Shown in pieces: positions 1 to 10,061 of a stretch of DNA of 59,582 bases (position 1 is its first letter; the number at the start of each line of letters is the position of its first letter). This stretch comes from an uncultured Nitrososphaerota archaeon (GTDB taxonomy: Archaea; Thermoproteota; EX4484-205; JAAOZO01). The DNA lies in the NCBI GenBank assembly GCA_964408285.1, contig CAYOYV010000011.1, forward strand, positions 1 to 59,582. Direction: 5' to 3'. Under the pieces are notes generated by a model. That model was not told where the DNA came from. It searched no databases and saw nothing but the letters and a program-made list of their open reading frames with translations. A program made the translations under genes and the position numbers.

Positions 1-1677
1 CATCGAGTCACATTCATCCAGCACAATTATCTTGAAAGGGACCTCAGCCATCGGGACGGATCTGGCAAATTCCTTGACCCGAAAGCGCACGACATCTATG
101 CCTCTTTCATCGCTATTATGTAAAAGGACAGGAGTCGTTCCTCCCCAAAACACTTGAGCACCTGGAACGGAGAAATCATAAACGTAACCCTCATATTCTC
201 TGATGTTGATGTTTCTGACCAGAACGGTTGAAAGCGGTGAATCTATTAGTTTCCTGATGTTCTTCAGATTCTCTCTTTGCATAGCGCTTAATTCATTCGA
301 GCTGATTTTCTCTAGTAACTCGCGGGCAGTTTTCTTCGAAATCCTCTTGCTCTTCTTAGAGTACAGTTGGTGTCTTAGCGCATACCTGAATTTCGGCTTG
401 AAACCGATTTCGTTGAATAGATTTGTCAGCGGCTCAGCCGGAACGAACTCAGTTTTGATATAGGAATAAGAAGGTAACTTCCACACGATTCTGGCTTCTC
501 TCTTGAAGCATGATGTGTCTAGGCCTGAAATTCTCCCCAACCATGCGACATCAATGAGATTCTGTCTTGAGCTGGAGATGTATCTCACGAATTCACCCCA
601 ATCCCCACATCCATCCCCCATGTAGCCCTTCAAGAATTCATACCTGTTCTCCAAATTCGTTTCGAAAATGAATGAAGGAACGATCTTCACAGATGCGATG
701 TGCTGACCGTTTGGAACGTAGAAACTGTCCTTGAAGAATTTTGCGACCTGCGTGTTGCACGCTCTCAATTGCACAGAGGAATATTTCGCTCGGTTGAATC
801 CGGAACCTGACAAAATGGTTTTGCCCTGTAATCCAAAGCTCTTCTGTAGGATTTTCTGAGCCTTTTCTGCTGTTTCCATTTCCTGGGGGTAGCCGAAGCT
901 GAAGATTACCTGTCCGCTGGTGTCTCCTCTGAAACCAACACAACCCTCTGCGAGATAAGTTCCGAGTAGCCAGCTCAGTTCGCCCGTAAGGACGAGTCTA
1001 TCAAAGGTTTTTTTCACCTTCGGATTTGGGATCGTCCCCTTCAAGAAAGGCTGCGGCGAGTATTTCTTGAGATCAATTGCATTCTGATCTCCTTCCAGCG
1101 ATGTACTGAAAGTTATCAGTAAATCGCCTTTGCCTAGCTCCGCAACTCTCTTGGAAATCAGATTGCCTTCTCCATCAACAGTGATGACGGAGTGATCGAG
1201 ACTCGTTCTCACGATACCGCTCTCGTATCGAATCTCGGCGATCTTGCGCACCCTATGTCTTGAAATCAAACTTACCGATCTGAAAGCTATGGAGTAATTC
1301 TCGTCTACCGAAAGCGCTTCTAGATTGCTGGGCCTTGCGTAACTAGATAGATCGTCGGAAAAATAACGATTCGCGATTTCTCCGAAAGCGCTTCTTCTGA
1401 CCACACCATTCTCCCTGATGAGTACAGGCGTTTCTGGTGTCACACTGGCATTGAGCTCAATGTAGTTGCCCTCAGGCTTCCCGTTGTAGATGTCATTCAC
1501 AAGCGCCAGGGCAGCGGTCGTCTTTGAAGTGCCGGCCGGTCCAACGAATAGCAGATGCGGCATGCTCTTAGACTTGACGAACGTCTTGAGCTTCGAGACT
1601 ATCTCCTCCCTATCCAAGATTTCCTCGATGGTCTTCGGCCTATACTTTTCAGTCCAGACCATCTCGCGCAAACTCAT
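1..1677 (-). CDS. rfcS: Replication factor C small subunit, intein-containing; 3' end runs off the window
   Basis: Hand translation from ATG 1677: MSLREMVWTEKYRPKT...MPHLLFVGPAGTSKTT...YIELNA|intein|SDERGIDVVR...FKIIVLDECDSM. These are classic RFC boxes. Missing from the ORF track because it has no stop inside the window. Confidence 0.95.
   Translation of the reverse strand, partial: MSLREMVWTEKYRPKTIEEILDREEIVSKLKTFVKSKSMPHLLFVGPAGTSKTTAALALVNDIYNGKPEGNYIELNASVTPETPVLIRENGVVRRSAFGEIANRYFSDDLSSYARPSNLEALSVDENYSIAFRSVSLISRHRVRKIAEIRYESGIVRTSLDHSVITVDGEGNLISKRVAELGKGDLLITFSTSLEGDQNAIDLKKYSPQPFLKGTIPNPKVKKTFDRLVLTGELSWLLGTYLAEGCVGFRGDTSGQVIFSFGYPQEMETAEKAQKILQKSFGLQGKTILSGSGFNRAKYSSVQLRACNTQVAKFFKDSFYVPNGQHIASVKIVPSFIFETNLENRYEFLKGYMGDGCGDWGEFVRYISSSRQNLIDVAWLGRISGLDTSCFKREARIVWKLPSYSYIKTEFVPAEPLTNLFNEIGFKPKFRYALRHQLYSKKSKRISKKTARELLEKISSNELSAMQRENLKNIRKLIDSPLSTVLVRNINIREYEGYVYDFSVPGAQVFWGGTTPVLLHNSDERGIDVVRFRVKEFARSVPMAEVPFKIIVLDECDSM
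115..1446 (-). mobile_element. Intein (444 aa) with LAGLIDADG homing endonuclease domain, inserted at ELNA/SDERG of RFC-S
   Basis: In-frame insert beginning SVTPETPVLIR, block B RTSLDHSV, LAGLIDADG-like WLLGTYLAEG and FLKGYMGDG, block F YVYDFSVPG, ending LLHN followed by Ser+1. Confidence 0.93.
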
Positions 1678-1740
1678 CGCTACGAATAGCGATTTCATTG
1701 GACGTATAAAGTTATATGGGCGTCTAGCCATTCAGATTCA

Positions 1741-2304
1741 ATGCTTAAGGCAGAATTGTCGATAATGGATGACTTGGTCAGAAGAGGTCTCGATCGGATC
1801 GAGACAGACCAGATGATTTCCTTGGTGAAAGTGAATCCGAAAGAGGATTTCTCGTTTGCTTCTTCACTGGTCGGTCAGATCTCGCTGAAGAAATCGAATG
1901 TGGCCGAGGTCCCACTCTACGTGGCTAGGCAGCTTTTCGCAGAAGGAGCCGCAGAACCATTGGAGGGATTCCTCGACAGGAAGAAACTCGCCAGGATAAA
2001 TTCAGAGGAGCGTTACAAGGAATATCGTCTGACGGACCTGCCTCCCTCTTTCTACTTCCATTTGAAGTATTTGGTCTCCTCTTTCAAGTCGCAGGCTGAC
2101 GAGAGGAAGGCGTCCGAGATGGAATCGCTTGCAGCAGAAATAGTGGACCTGAGGCTGAAGAAGATACTGAGATATTGTCTTCTGCCATCTGCTTCGCCAG
2201 AACTCGGCAAATCCATGACGACGGAGGAGACTCATTTGTTCAACCTCTTGAGCCACATGATAAACTGCTGGAAGAAGGAGGTGATGGACCTTGGAGGAAA
2301 GTGA
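1741..2304 (+). CDS. GINS complex subunit (Gins23/Psf2-like)
   Basis: EVPLYVARQL and LTDLPPSFY...LRLKKI motifs; overlaps the start of mcm as in the conserved gins23-mcm operon. Alternative start at 1765. Confidence 0.8.
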   Translation: MLKAELSIMDDLVRRGLDRIETDQMISLVKVNPKEDFSFASSLVGQISLKKSNVAEVPLYVARQLFAEGAAEPLEGFLDRKKLARINSEERYKEYRLTDLPPSFYFHLKYLVSSFKSQADERKASEMESLAAEIVDLRLKKILRYCLLPSASPELGKSMTTEETHLFNLLSHMINCWKKEVMDLGGK

Positions 2305-4339
2305 GCTAGGACTCTCAGAGCTTTTCAAACAATTCGTGAGGACTTTCAAAAATGACCAGGGTGACCTGGTTTATTTCGACAATCTCCGCTCGCTTCCGGT
2401 TAGAGGATCCAGAACACTGACTGTGAATTACGACGATCTCCTACTGTTCGATGTACAGCTGACCAAGGCCTTGGACGAAAATCCCTTGGATGCCATCAAG
2501 GTATTCCAAGAAGCTGGGCTTGTCATGATGACGGAGCAGGACATGAGTTATGCCAAGCAGGCGAAGAGGGTAAATGTCAGGATCAGGAATTACCCTCGCG
2601 GCATATCCATCAGGGAGCTCAACTCCGGCCACATAGGAAAGATGGTAGGCTTGGCAGGAGTCATAGTGAGGCAATCGCAAACCAAGACGCAACTGAAAGC
2701 GGGAACATACAGATGCTCTAAGTGCGGGAACTACAATACGGTCGAACAAGTCGGTCCGTCTTTGATTTCGCCGAAGTCGTGTGCGACATGCAACTCCAGT
2801 GGTCCTGGGGTGTTCGAGCTAGACCCTACTCGATCTACTTTTGAGGATTTCCAATCGATATCTGTCCAAGAGAGACCTGAGGATCTCCCCGCGGGTCAGA
2901 TGCCTCAGACTTTGGACTTTGCTCTGACGGACGATCTCGTAAACACCGTCAGGCCGGGCGACAGGGTTCTCGTCACTGGTTTGGTCAGCATCAGACAATC
3001 CTCCTCCGGTTTCGGTAAGCTAAGGTCGAGAGTCTTCGAGCTATCCATAGATGCAAATCAGGTTGAGGTAGAGGCTGAGGAGACCGCTGAATTGCCAATG
3101 AGCGAGGAGTTGACAGAACGGTTCAAGAAGGACTCCCGGGATCCATGGCAATACAAGAAGCTCATAGGGTCAGTCGCTCCATCGATCTACGGCCTGCAGC
3201 CCATAAAGGAGGCCGTCTTGCTTCAACTAGTCAGTGGGAATCCCAAGACATTCAAGGACGGCGTGAGGGTGAGAGGGGACATAAACGTATTGCTCGTCGG
3301 AGATCCGGGAACCGCGAAATCTCAATTGCTGAAGTACATCCAGAGGATAGCGCCGAGAGGGTTGTACACTTCCGGCAGGGGAGCTACAGCAGCAGGCCTA
3401 ACTGCTGCAGCAATAAGGGACGAAAGTGGAGCATTCGTGCTTGAAGCAGGAGCCTTGGTTCTCGCCGATAAAGGTCTGGCCGCAATAGATGAATTCGAGA
3501 AAATGAGGGAAGAGGACAGAATCGCCATCCATGAGGCAATGGAGCAACAGACGTGCAGCGTAGCGAAAGGAGGCATAGTAGCCACTCTTAACGCCAGGAC
3601 GGCCATCCTCGCTGCTGCCAACCCGCAGTTTGGCAGATACGACGAGAGCAGGAACTTCTCTGAGAATGTCAATCTCTCTCCGGTGGTTCTGTCCAGATTT
3701 GACCTCTATTTTGTGCTCAGGGATATACCAAGCGAGCAGGAGGATGCAAGACTAACTGATCATATCCTAGCGCAACATCGCCTAGCCGAAACCTCCGCTG
3801 AGTCTGTGTATGATGCAAACTACATTAGGATGTACATAGCCCATTGTAAGGCCTCAACGCCCAAACTCACAGATGAAGCCATGGCAGTCATCAGGTCCTT
3901 CTTCCTTGAACTGAGAAAGGCAAGTGCGGAATCTGCGATCCAAATAACCCCAAGGCAACTCGAATCCATTATCAGGCTAAGCGAAGCTAGGGCGAAGCTA
4001 GTGCTTCGATCAGAGGTAACAAGGGAGGACGCAGAGATCGCGATCGCCCTCTTCAAGCACTCGATATCCATGGCCGGAATGGACGTAGAGACAGGAAAAT
4101 TAGACATAGATTCATTGATGACCGGAAAGCCGAAATCATCAAGGGATAAGATGGTACTCATAATGAAGATAGCCGAGGATCTTGAGAAGGAATTCGGTTC
4201 CGCGAACATTGAAGAGGTGACCAGAAGGGCTGAGGCGAGAGGCATTGACCGGAATGATGCCCGTAGGATAATAAGTGGACTGATGAGGGAGGGCGTATTC
4301 TATTCCCCTGATGAAACGACCTTAAAGAGGACGCGCTGA
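2291..4339 (+). CDS. mcm: Replicative helicase MCM
   Basis: C4 zinc finger, GDPGTAKS Walker A, IDEFEKM, SRFD arginine finger, C-terminal winged helix; no intein. Confidence 0.98.
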   Translation: MEESELGLSELFKQFVRTFKNDQGDLVYFDNLRSLPVRGSRTLTVNYDDLLLFDVQLTKALDENPLDAIKVFQEAGLVMMTEQDMSYAKQAKRVNVRIRNYPRGISIRELNSGHIGKMVGLAGVIVRQSQTKTQLKAGTYRCSKCGNYNTVEQVGPSLISPKSCATCNSSGPGVFELDPTRSTFEDFQSISVQERPEDLPAGQMPQTLDFALTDDLVNTVRPGDRVLVTGLVSIRQSSSGFGKLRSRVFELSIDANQVEVEAEETAELPMSEELTERFKKDSRDPWQYKKLIGSVAPSIYGLQPIKEAVLLQLVSGNPKTFKDGVRVRGDINVLLVGDPGTAKSQLLKYIQRIAPRGLYTSGRGATAAGLTAAAIRDESGAFVLEAGALVLADKGLAAIDEFEKMREEDRIAIHEAMEQQTCSVAKGGIVATLNARTAILAAANPQFGRYDESRNFSENVNLSPVVLSRFDLYFVLRDIPSEQEDARLTDHILAQHRLAETSAESVYDANYIRMYIAHCKASTPKLTDEAMAVIRSFFLELRKASAESAIQITPRQLESIIRLSEARAKLVLRSEVTREDAEIAIALFKHSISMAGMDVETGKLDIDSLMTGKPKSSRDKMVLIMKIAEDLEKEFGSANIEEVTRRAEARGIDRNDARRIISGLMREGVFYSPDETTLKRTR

Positions 4340-4353
4340 AGAGAAAGGGACCA

Positions 4354-6558
4354 TTGAGAGTAGAGGAAATACCGATCAGTGACGATGTCAAGGGGCTAAT
4401 CTCCAACCGGATGGGGGTAACCGAGCTCTATCCAATCCAAGAGATGGCGATAAGGGCTGGCGTGCTTGAAGGAGAAAGCCTCCTGCTTTCCGCCCCGACA
4501 GCGTCCGGCAAGACGCTTGTCCCGTTTATGACCTCCGCTGACATTTTCGACAAAGGCAAGGGCAAGGTCTTGTATCTCGTGCCACTCCGAGCCTTGGCTT
4601 ATGAAAAATATCTAGAGTTTGGCCTGCTTTCTAGCATATCAAAATCCGGCGGAACGAAAACAAGGATAGGCATAAGCACGGGTGATTACGATTCTCCTGC
4701 CACTGAGCTGGCTCCGCTTGACTTCATTGTGGCAACCTACGAGAAGATGGACTCGATAATAAGACACAGACCTGGCTGGCTCAAGCAGGTTTCGTTGCTC
4801 GTCTTCGATGAAATCCATCTGATAACATCGGTTGACAGGGGCCCCGTGGTTGAGATGTTGGTTTCCTGGGCTCAGAGGATATTCCCTGGAGCGCAGAAGC
4901 TAGCGTTGAGTGCCACAGTCTCAAATGATTCAGAGATCTCCTCTTGGCTTGGATGCAAACTCACAAGAAGTGATTGGAGGCCAGTTCCACTCTTCGAAGG
5001 GATCTTCAAGGGAGATAGCATAACATACGATGAAAAGAAGGAAGACATAGAGAGGAAATTTGGCGACGAGCTCATGGATCTAGTGAACCATTCATTGAAG
5101 GAGGAGGGGCAGATCCTGCTCTTCGCCCCCACGAGGAGACAGGCAGTGGCCTTAGCAAAGAAATTGGCACCAGTTCCTCGGTTGCAACTGAAGGAAAAGG
5201 AGTCCAGGAAGCTTGAGAGACTAGCAGAGCAGATCAACGCCCAGGAGGATATAACTCCACTCGGGAGGGACCTAGCTCTTCTGGTCAGGAGTGGTGCCTC
5301 GTTTCATCATGCTGGTCTTCCAACATCTCAGCGCAGGATAGTGGAGAACGGTTTCAGGGATCGCCTCATCAAGATCATCGCTGCAACTCCAACCTTGGCA
5401 GCGGGCGTGAATCTTCCAGCAAGAGTGGTTTGCCTGACATCAATCAGCAGGTACTCATCAGACTATGGACCCAATGAGATTTCCGTGATGGAGTATAAAC
5501 AGATGGCAGGCAGAGCGGGTCGACCGCAATTCGACAAGTATGGTTTATCGTTAATAAGGGCAAGAGAGAAGGACGAGATCGGTTATCTCCTTGAACACTA
5601 CATAACTGCGCCCATAGAACCGGTGCGTTCAATGCTGGGCCAAAGTGACTACTTCTCCTCCGCTGTTTTGTCAACATGTGCTGCGGGATTGGCCGACGAG
5701 GCGAGCGAACTCGAAGCAATATTCAGCTCGACATTACTCGCGAGACAGAGAGGGGAGAAATATGTACAATGGAAATCATCCCAGACAATCGATTACCTCA
5801 AGGACAGAGGCGCTCTGAAGGTCATAGCGGGCAACCTGAAGGTTACTCCATTCGGCAGGAGAATATCGGAGCTCTATGTCCTGCCAGAGACTGCCTTCAT
5901 GATAGTCGACCGGCTGTCAGTGCTTCCGAGAGAGGTTACGGACGTAACTCTTCTTCATGTTGTCGTAGGCACACCTGACATAGAGCCAATGCTTGCCTCC
6001 TCTCGTCATGAAATGGATACCCTAGTTGAATTCATGGAGAGACATACAGGAGAGCTATTTCCGTTTGAGGCAGAATCCGCCGCCTTCGATGAGGTGAAGT
6101 GTCTGATGACCCTGAAGATGTGGACAGAGGAGAGCTCTTCAGAAGCAATCTACGAGAGGCTGAGGGTCGAGCCTGGTGATCTCCATGTGCTGTCGGAAAA
6201 GGCGGCTTGGCTTCTATACGCAGCATCAGAGCTAGCTCAGTGGTCGAAGAGTCCCCAAATGGCAACTCCGGCCCGGAAGATGAGCACGAGGGTTAGATAT
6301 GGGGTGAAGGAGGAACTGCTCAACCTGATCTCTCTTGCTGGAGTCGGCAGGGCAAGGGCTCGAAGTCTTTTCAAAACCGGCATCAGATCGAGGTCACAAA
6401 TCGCTAAGATGAGTGCGGAGGATCTTATGAGGATCCCCGGAATAGGAACGAAGCTTGCAATCTCGCTGAAGGAACAAGCCGGTGGAACAATAAAGAAGAG
6501 GTCATTCGAGTCAGAGGACCTCAAGCAGGCCAGGCTATTCGATTATGCAAACCAATGA
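4354..6558 (+). CDS. hel308: Ski2-like SF2 DNA helicase Hel308/Hjm
   Basis: APTASGKT, DEIH, SAT, FHHAGL, TPTLAAGVNLPA, QMAGRAGR, RVRYGVKEEL and C-terminal HhH. Confidence 0.95.
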   Translation: MRVEEIPISDDVKGLISNRMGVTELYPIQEMAIRAGVLEGESLLLSAPTASGKTLVPFMTSADIFDKGKGKVLYLVPLRALAYEKYLEFGLLSSISKSGGTKTRIGISTGDYDSPATELAPLDFIVATYEKMDSIIRHRPGWLKQVSLLVFDEIHLITSVDRGPVVEMLVSWAQRIFPGAQKLALSATVSNDSEISSWLGCKLTRSDWRPVPLFEGIFKGDSITYDEKKEDIERKFGDELMDLVNHSLKEEGQILLFAPTRRQAVALAKKLAPVPRLQLKEKESRKLERLAEQINAQEDITPLGRDLALLVRSGASFHHAGLPTSQRRIVENGFRDRLIKIIAATPTLAAGVNLPARVVCLTSISRYSSDYGPNEISVMEYKQMAGRAGRPQFDKYGLSLIRAREKDEIGYLLEHYITAPIEPVRSMLGQSDYFSSAVLSTCAAGLADEASELEAIFSSTLLARQRGEKYVQWKSSQTIDYLKDRGALKVIAGNLKVTPFGRRISELYVLPETAFMIVDRLSVLPREVTDVTLLHVVVGTPDIEPMLASSRHEMDTLVEFMERHTGELFPFEAESAAFDEVKCLMTLKMWTEESSSEAIYERLRVEPGDLHVLSEKAAWLLYAASELAQWSKSPQMATPARKMSTRVRYGVKEELLNLISLAGVGRARARSLFKTGIRSRSQIAKMSAEDLMRIPGIGTKLAISLKEQAGGTIKKRSFESEDLKQARLFDYANQ

Positions 6559-6664
6559 GCGAAAAACCGGTAGAATTCAGTTCTAGTGTTTTTGCTACAA
6601 ACTCCTTTTGCATTAGGTCTTTTAATTTCATGTCGCCGGCATAGACAAAAAGGTGTTAGAATAG

Positions 6665-7465
6665 TTGTCAGAACTAGACGGACTGCCCCAAATCGTTGGA
6701 GTTCCGGTGAAGGACTACTTCGGAAGGGACATCGGCAAGGTGATTTGCTATGCGCATGACGGAAAGGGAGAAGTCAAGAGTATCCTAGCTACCATGACGA
6801 CAGGCGACATAGCGGAATACTCCAGGGAGGATGTCCAGATGAGTTCCTCTGAAGTCGTGCTCAAGGACAAACTCATGACCGCTGCACACGCTCTAAGAAA
6901 GGAGATCGAGATAAACGTCAAGAGAATGCAGGCACTTGACATGCTGAAGGATTCATCGAAGATCCATCCAAGAGTATATTCCGAGCTGAAGGAAGAATTC
7001 GACAAAGAAAGATGCGCACTTGAGGAGAGGAAGCACGGTCTGACGGGCATAGCGGACGAAAGAAGAATCGATGTCGCAAGGAAGCTCATGGCGCTTGAGA
7101 AGACAAGGGCTACGATTGAAGTTCAGGCGATCTCAGGGGAGATTGATCAAACCGTATACAGATATGCATCTAGCGAAGTCAAGTCTGCAATAGACAGACT
7201 TACGAATGAGCTTGAGAACCTAGAAAGGGAACTGAGCTTCCTTGATGTGAAGATAGAGGAAATGCCAAAGGAGGTCATCCCGTTGCCGCAAGCAGAGGAA
7301 CTACCGGCAATCGAAGTGACAACCGACAGTTCGGAAGGGACAGCACAGGCAGAGACTCCAGAACCAAATGAAGGGATCATCCCTGGTCAGCCAGAAGAGA
7401 TAACTGTCACCCAGGAACCTCAATCGATTTCAGCAGACAGACCTCTAAGGGTAAGGCTCGTCTGA
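6665..7465 (+). CDS. cdvA: Cell division protein CdvA-like
   Basis: N-terminal PRC-barrel (VGVPVKDYFGRDIGKV), long coiled coil, acidic linker and C-terminal beta-strand RPLRVRLV resembling the ESCRT-III-binding tail. Confidence 0.8.
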   Translation: MSELDGLPQIVGVPVKDYFGRDIGKVICYAHDGKGEVKSILATMTTGDIAEYSREDVQMSSSEVVLKDKLMTAAHALRKEIEINVKRMQALDMLKDSSKIHPRVYSELKEEFDKERCALEERKHGLTGIADERRIDVARKLMALEKTRATIEVQAISGEIDQTVYRYASSEVKSAIDRLTNELENLERELSFLDVKIEEMPKEVIPLPQAEELPAIEVTTDSSEGTAQAETPEPNEGIIPGQPEEITVTQEPQSISADRPLRVRLV

Positions 7466-7493
7466 GAGTCCTAGAAGGATCAACAACTCACAC

Positions 7494-7601
7494 ATCCGTT
7501 CAAAAGACCCGGAAAGGGGGAGCCGTGGCCTGAGGCGCCGGGGAACCCGGCGCCAACTTCTGATTAGCTTGGGATAGGCACACCAATGACTAACAGCGGA
7601 T
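7494..7601 (+). ncRNA. Candidate structured ncRNA of unknown family (multi-hairpin junction with possible pseudoknot)
   Basis: Hand-paired stems 7494-98/7597-7601, 7534-42/7546-54 (perfect 9 bp), 7560-72/7583-96 and 7525-31/7576-81. Strand inferred from purine-rich GAAA/GAA loops. Confidence 0.5.
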
Positions 7602-8596
7602 CATAGTTCAACAATATCATCCACATCGATTCCAGTTCCAGCGTATTTCACCGGTATGCCCACTCGATCTTCGACTTCCCCAATGAATCCAAGGGCATCT
7701 CCTGAGAGCCCTTTCCTCTCCCTCACATGCTCTGAATCGGGGAAGAGCACATCGAGCTTCGTCAACGCTATGGAGGTGGCGCCATTGACTATGGCGCTTC
7801 TCCTTGCCATCTCGTAGTTGAATGGAGCAGCCCTTCTCGGCCTACCTGTCACGGTTGCCTCTTCTGCCCATCCCCTCTTCTTCGCCTCTTCGGGATTCAA
7901 TTCCCCCGGCAAGGGCCCTTTCCCAACTCTGGTTACGTATGATTTTAAGACGAGAATGACATCTGTCACCCTACTCGGGGCAACCCCAACCTCACTGAGG
8001 ACGGCTGCGGTCGTCGTATCCCTTCCCGTAACAAATGGATAGGAACCATGATACAAGCTGAGACCAAAGCCCTGTGAACCCTCCAGATGGACTGATTTTC
8101 CAGAATCAAGTGCTGAATTCACTTCAGATGAAACATCGCAGGTCATTCCGCTTAGCTCTGGAATGTCCTTCGCAAGCCTTGCCCGCCTGAGTACCCTGTC
8201 CGCTATGGCTGGTCCGACTCCAGTCCCAGTTGTCTCTACCATTCCCTTTAGATGCGAATCTGTTCTATCGATCTGGATATGCTGCTCCTCTATTATCGAA
8301 GCCATGCTGTCCACCTTCAGCCTTCCACCAACGCCTAGCTTCTCCTTCTCAGACAGAAGCACATTGACATCAATGTTTGCTCCCGACGCTATTCTGAGCT
8401 GTGTTTTTGGACTTAGGAAAGCAGCCGGTATCAACCTCAATTTGTAGATTCGTCCTTCATACCCAACTGTGTGACCCGCATTTACCGAACCGGTTCTGAC
8501 AGATATCGCAGGGCGTTGCTTGATTCCCAGATAGGAGGCGATCTTGCCTTTGCCCTCATCCCCGAAGAACCCGCTGACAATGACTACAAGGGACAT
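7601..8596 (-). CDS. purA: Adenylosuccinate synthetase (short archaeal form)
   Basis: GFFGDEGKGK, NAGHT, TGTGVGPA, EGSQG, TVTGRPRR and TKLD motifs. Confidence 0.97.
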   Translation of the reverse strand: MSLVVIVSGFFGDEGKGKIASYLGIKQRPAISVRTGSVNAGHTVGYEGRIYKLRLIPAAFLSPKTQLRIASGANIDVNVLLSEKEKLGVGGRLKVDSMASIIEEQHIQIDRTDSHLKGMVETTGTGVGPAIADRVLRRARLAKDIPELSGMTCDVSSEVNSALDSGKSVHLEGSQGFGLSLYHGSYPFVTGRDTTTAAVLSEVGVAPSRVTDVILVLKSYVTRVGKGPLPGELNPEEAKKRGWAEEATVTGRPRRAAPFNYEMARRSAIVNGATSIALTKLDVLFPDSEHVRERKGLSGDALGFIGEVEDRVGIPVKYAGTGIDVDDIVEL

Positions 8597-8653
8597 CTGC
8601 GCATCGTGTCCTTCCCCAATTCTTAATACTTACCCTCTAGCTCTGACTGACGA

Positions 8654-10030
8654 ATGAAAGATAATACGGAGGCAGTACATCCTCTCGACTATCGATACGG
8701 AGATGAAACGATAAAGAGGATATTCTCCCAATCCAACAAATTTAGGATAATGCTTCTCATTGAGGGCAAAGTTGCAGAGGCCCAATCCGAATTCGGATTG
8801 ATTCCCAAATGGGCCGGATCAATTATATCGGAAAAGTCGAAGGAAGGGATCTCCTTGGAGAAGATATGGGAGAAGGAGAAGGAGACAAGACACGAGGTGG
8901 CAGCAATGGTCTCCTGTCTCGAGGAATTGGCTGGCGAGGGAGGAAGATATGTTCACTTCGGTCTGACATCCAACGATATCATTGACACAGCCACCCTCCT
9001 GCAGATTTCAGAGGCAGGAAACAGGATTCTTGAAATGACTAAGGCACTCGGCCTTCTTCTGGCGAAGAGGGCGAATGAAACACGTCGTCTGCTCTGCGTT
9101 GCAAGGACGCATGGAATGCACGCAGAAGTCTACACCTATGGAATTAGATTCTCGGTCTGGCTGTCGGAAGTTGTTCGCTCATACCAAAGGATTTCGAACG
9201 CAATCTCAGATGCCCGGGTTGGAAAAATAAGTGGCGCTGTTGGCACGTATGTAGGAATGGGGGAAAACGGCATGAAGGTTGAGGAAAGGGTCCTTTCGGA
9301 ATTCGGGCTCAGAAGGTTGCAAGTCACAACCCAAGTTGTGCCAAGGGACATTTTCTCGTCTGTTATCATGCAGCTTGCAGCTCTCTCGTCCGTATTGGAC
9401 AGAATGGCAACAAATGTGAGGAATCTCCAGAGGACAGAGATCTCCGAGGTAAGCGAAGCACGTTCAGAACAACAGGTCGGTTCATCGGCAATGCCGCAAA
9501 AGATGAATCCCATAGGTTCTGAAAAAGTGTCGGGGTTGGCAAGGATCGTTAGGTCTCTCGCCCTAGCATCCCTTGAGAACATCTCATTGTGGGATGAGAG
9601 GGACCTTACAAACAGCTCTACAGAGCGAGTGATGTTTCCAGAGACATTCGGTCTTGTCTCTGAGCAACTCAAGACCATGATCGAGGTGATGGAAGGACTG
9701 AAGCTCAATGATGACCAAATAAGGAAGAATTTGGACTTGAACGCGGGGGAGATCTATTCTGAGTTCATAATGAGGGCAATGGTTGAATCAGGGATGGGAC
9801 GCGCTCAGGCACACAAAATGATGAGAGAGGCGATCGCTCAGTCAAGGAAGTCTGGCGTTGATCTTCTGACCCTCCTTCTCAAGGATCAGGTTGTTGTATC
9901 GAAATTGGGCGAACCGAGGTTGAAGGCGCTAATGGATCCCAGGGTCGTATTGCCATTCTCGGAGAAGATAGTGAACGGAACCGTGACGGAAGCTGAGGGA
10001 ATTCTTCAAGTGACCCAGGAATCCTATTGA
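8654..10030 (+). CDS. purB: Adenylosuccinate lyase
   Basis: VHFGLTSND, RTHGMHA and GSSAMPQKMNP; divergent from purA. Confidence 0.96.
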   Translation: MKDNTEAVHPLDYRYGDETIKRIFSQSNKFRIMLLIEGKVAEAQSEFGLIPKWAGSIISEKSKEGISLEKIWEKEKETRHEVAAMVSCLEELAGEGGRYVHFGLTSNDIIDTATLLQISEAGNRILEMTKALGLLLAKRANETRRLLCVARTHGMHAEVYTYGIRFSVWLSEVVRSYQRISNAISDARVGKISGAVGTYVGMGENGMKVEERVLSEFGLRRLQVTTQVVPRDIFSSVIMQLAALSSVLDRMATNVRNLQRTEISEVSEARSEQQVGSSAMPQKMNPIGSEKVSGLARIVRSLALASLENISLWDERDLTNSSTERVMFPETFGLVSEQLKTMIEVMEGLKLNDDQIRKNLDLNAGEIYSEFIMRAMVESGMGRAQAHKMMREAIAQSRKSGVDLLTLLLKDQVVVSKLGEPRLKALMDPRVVLPFSEKIVNGTVTEAEGILQVTQESY

Positions 10031-10061
10031 AGATATCCTTCATGCCTGAATGGAATCGTAG

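Noticed and set aside
203-943. ORFs 203-463 and 638-943
   Set aside because: Alternate-frame shadows of the rfcS intein.
6559-6595. Imperfect hairpin after hel308
   Set aside because: AT-rich and interrupted; may be a 3'-end structure but too weak to call.
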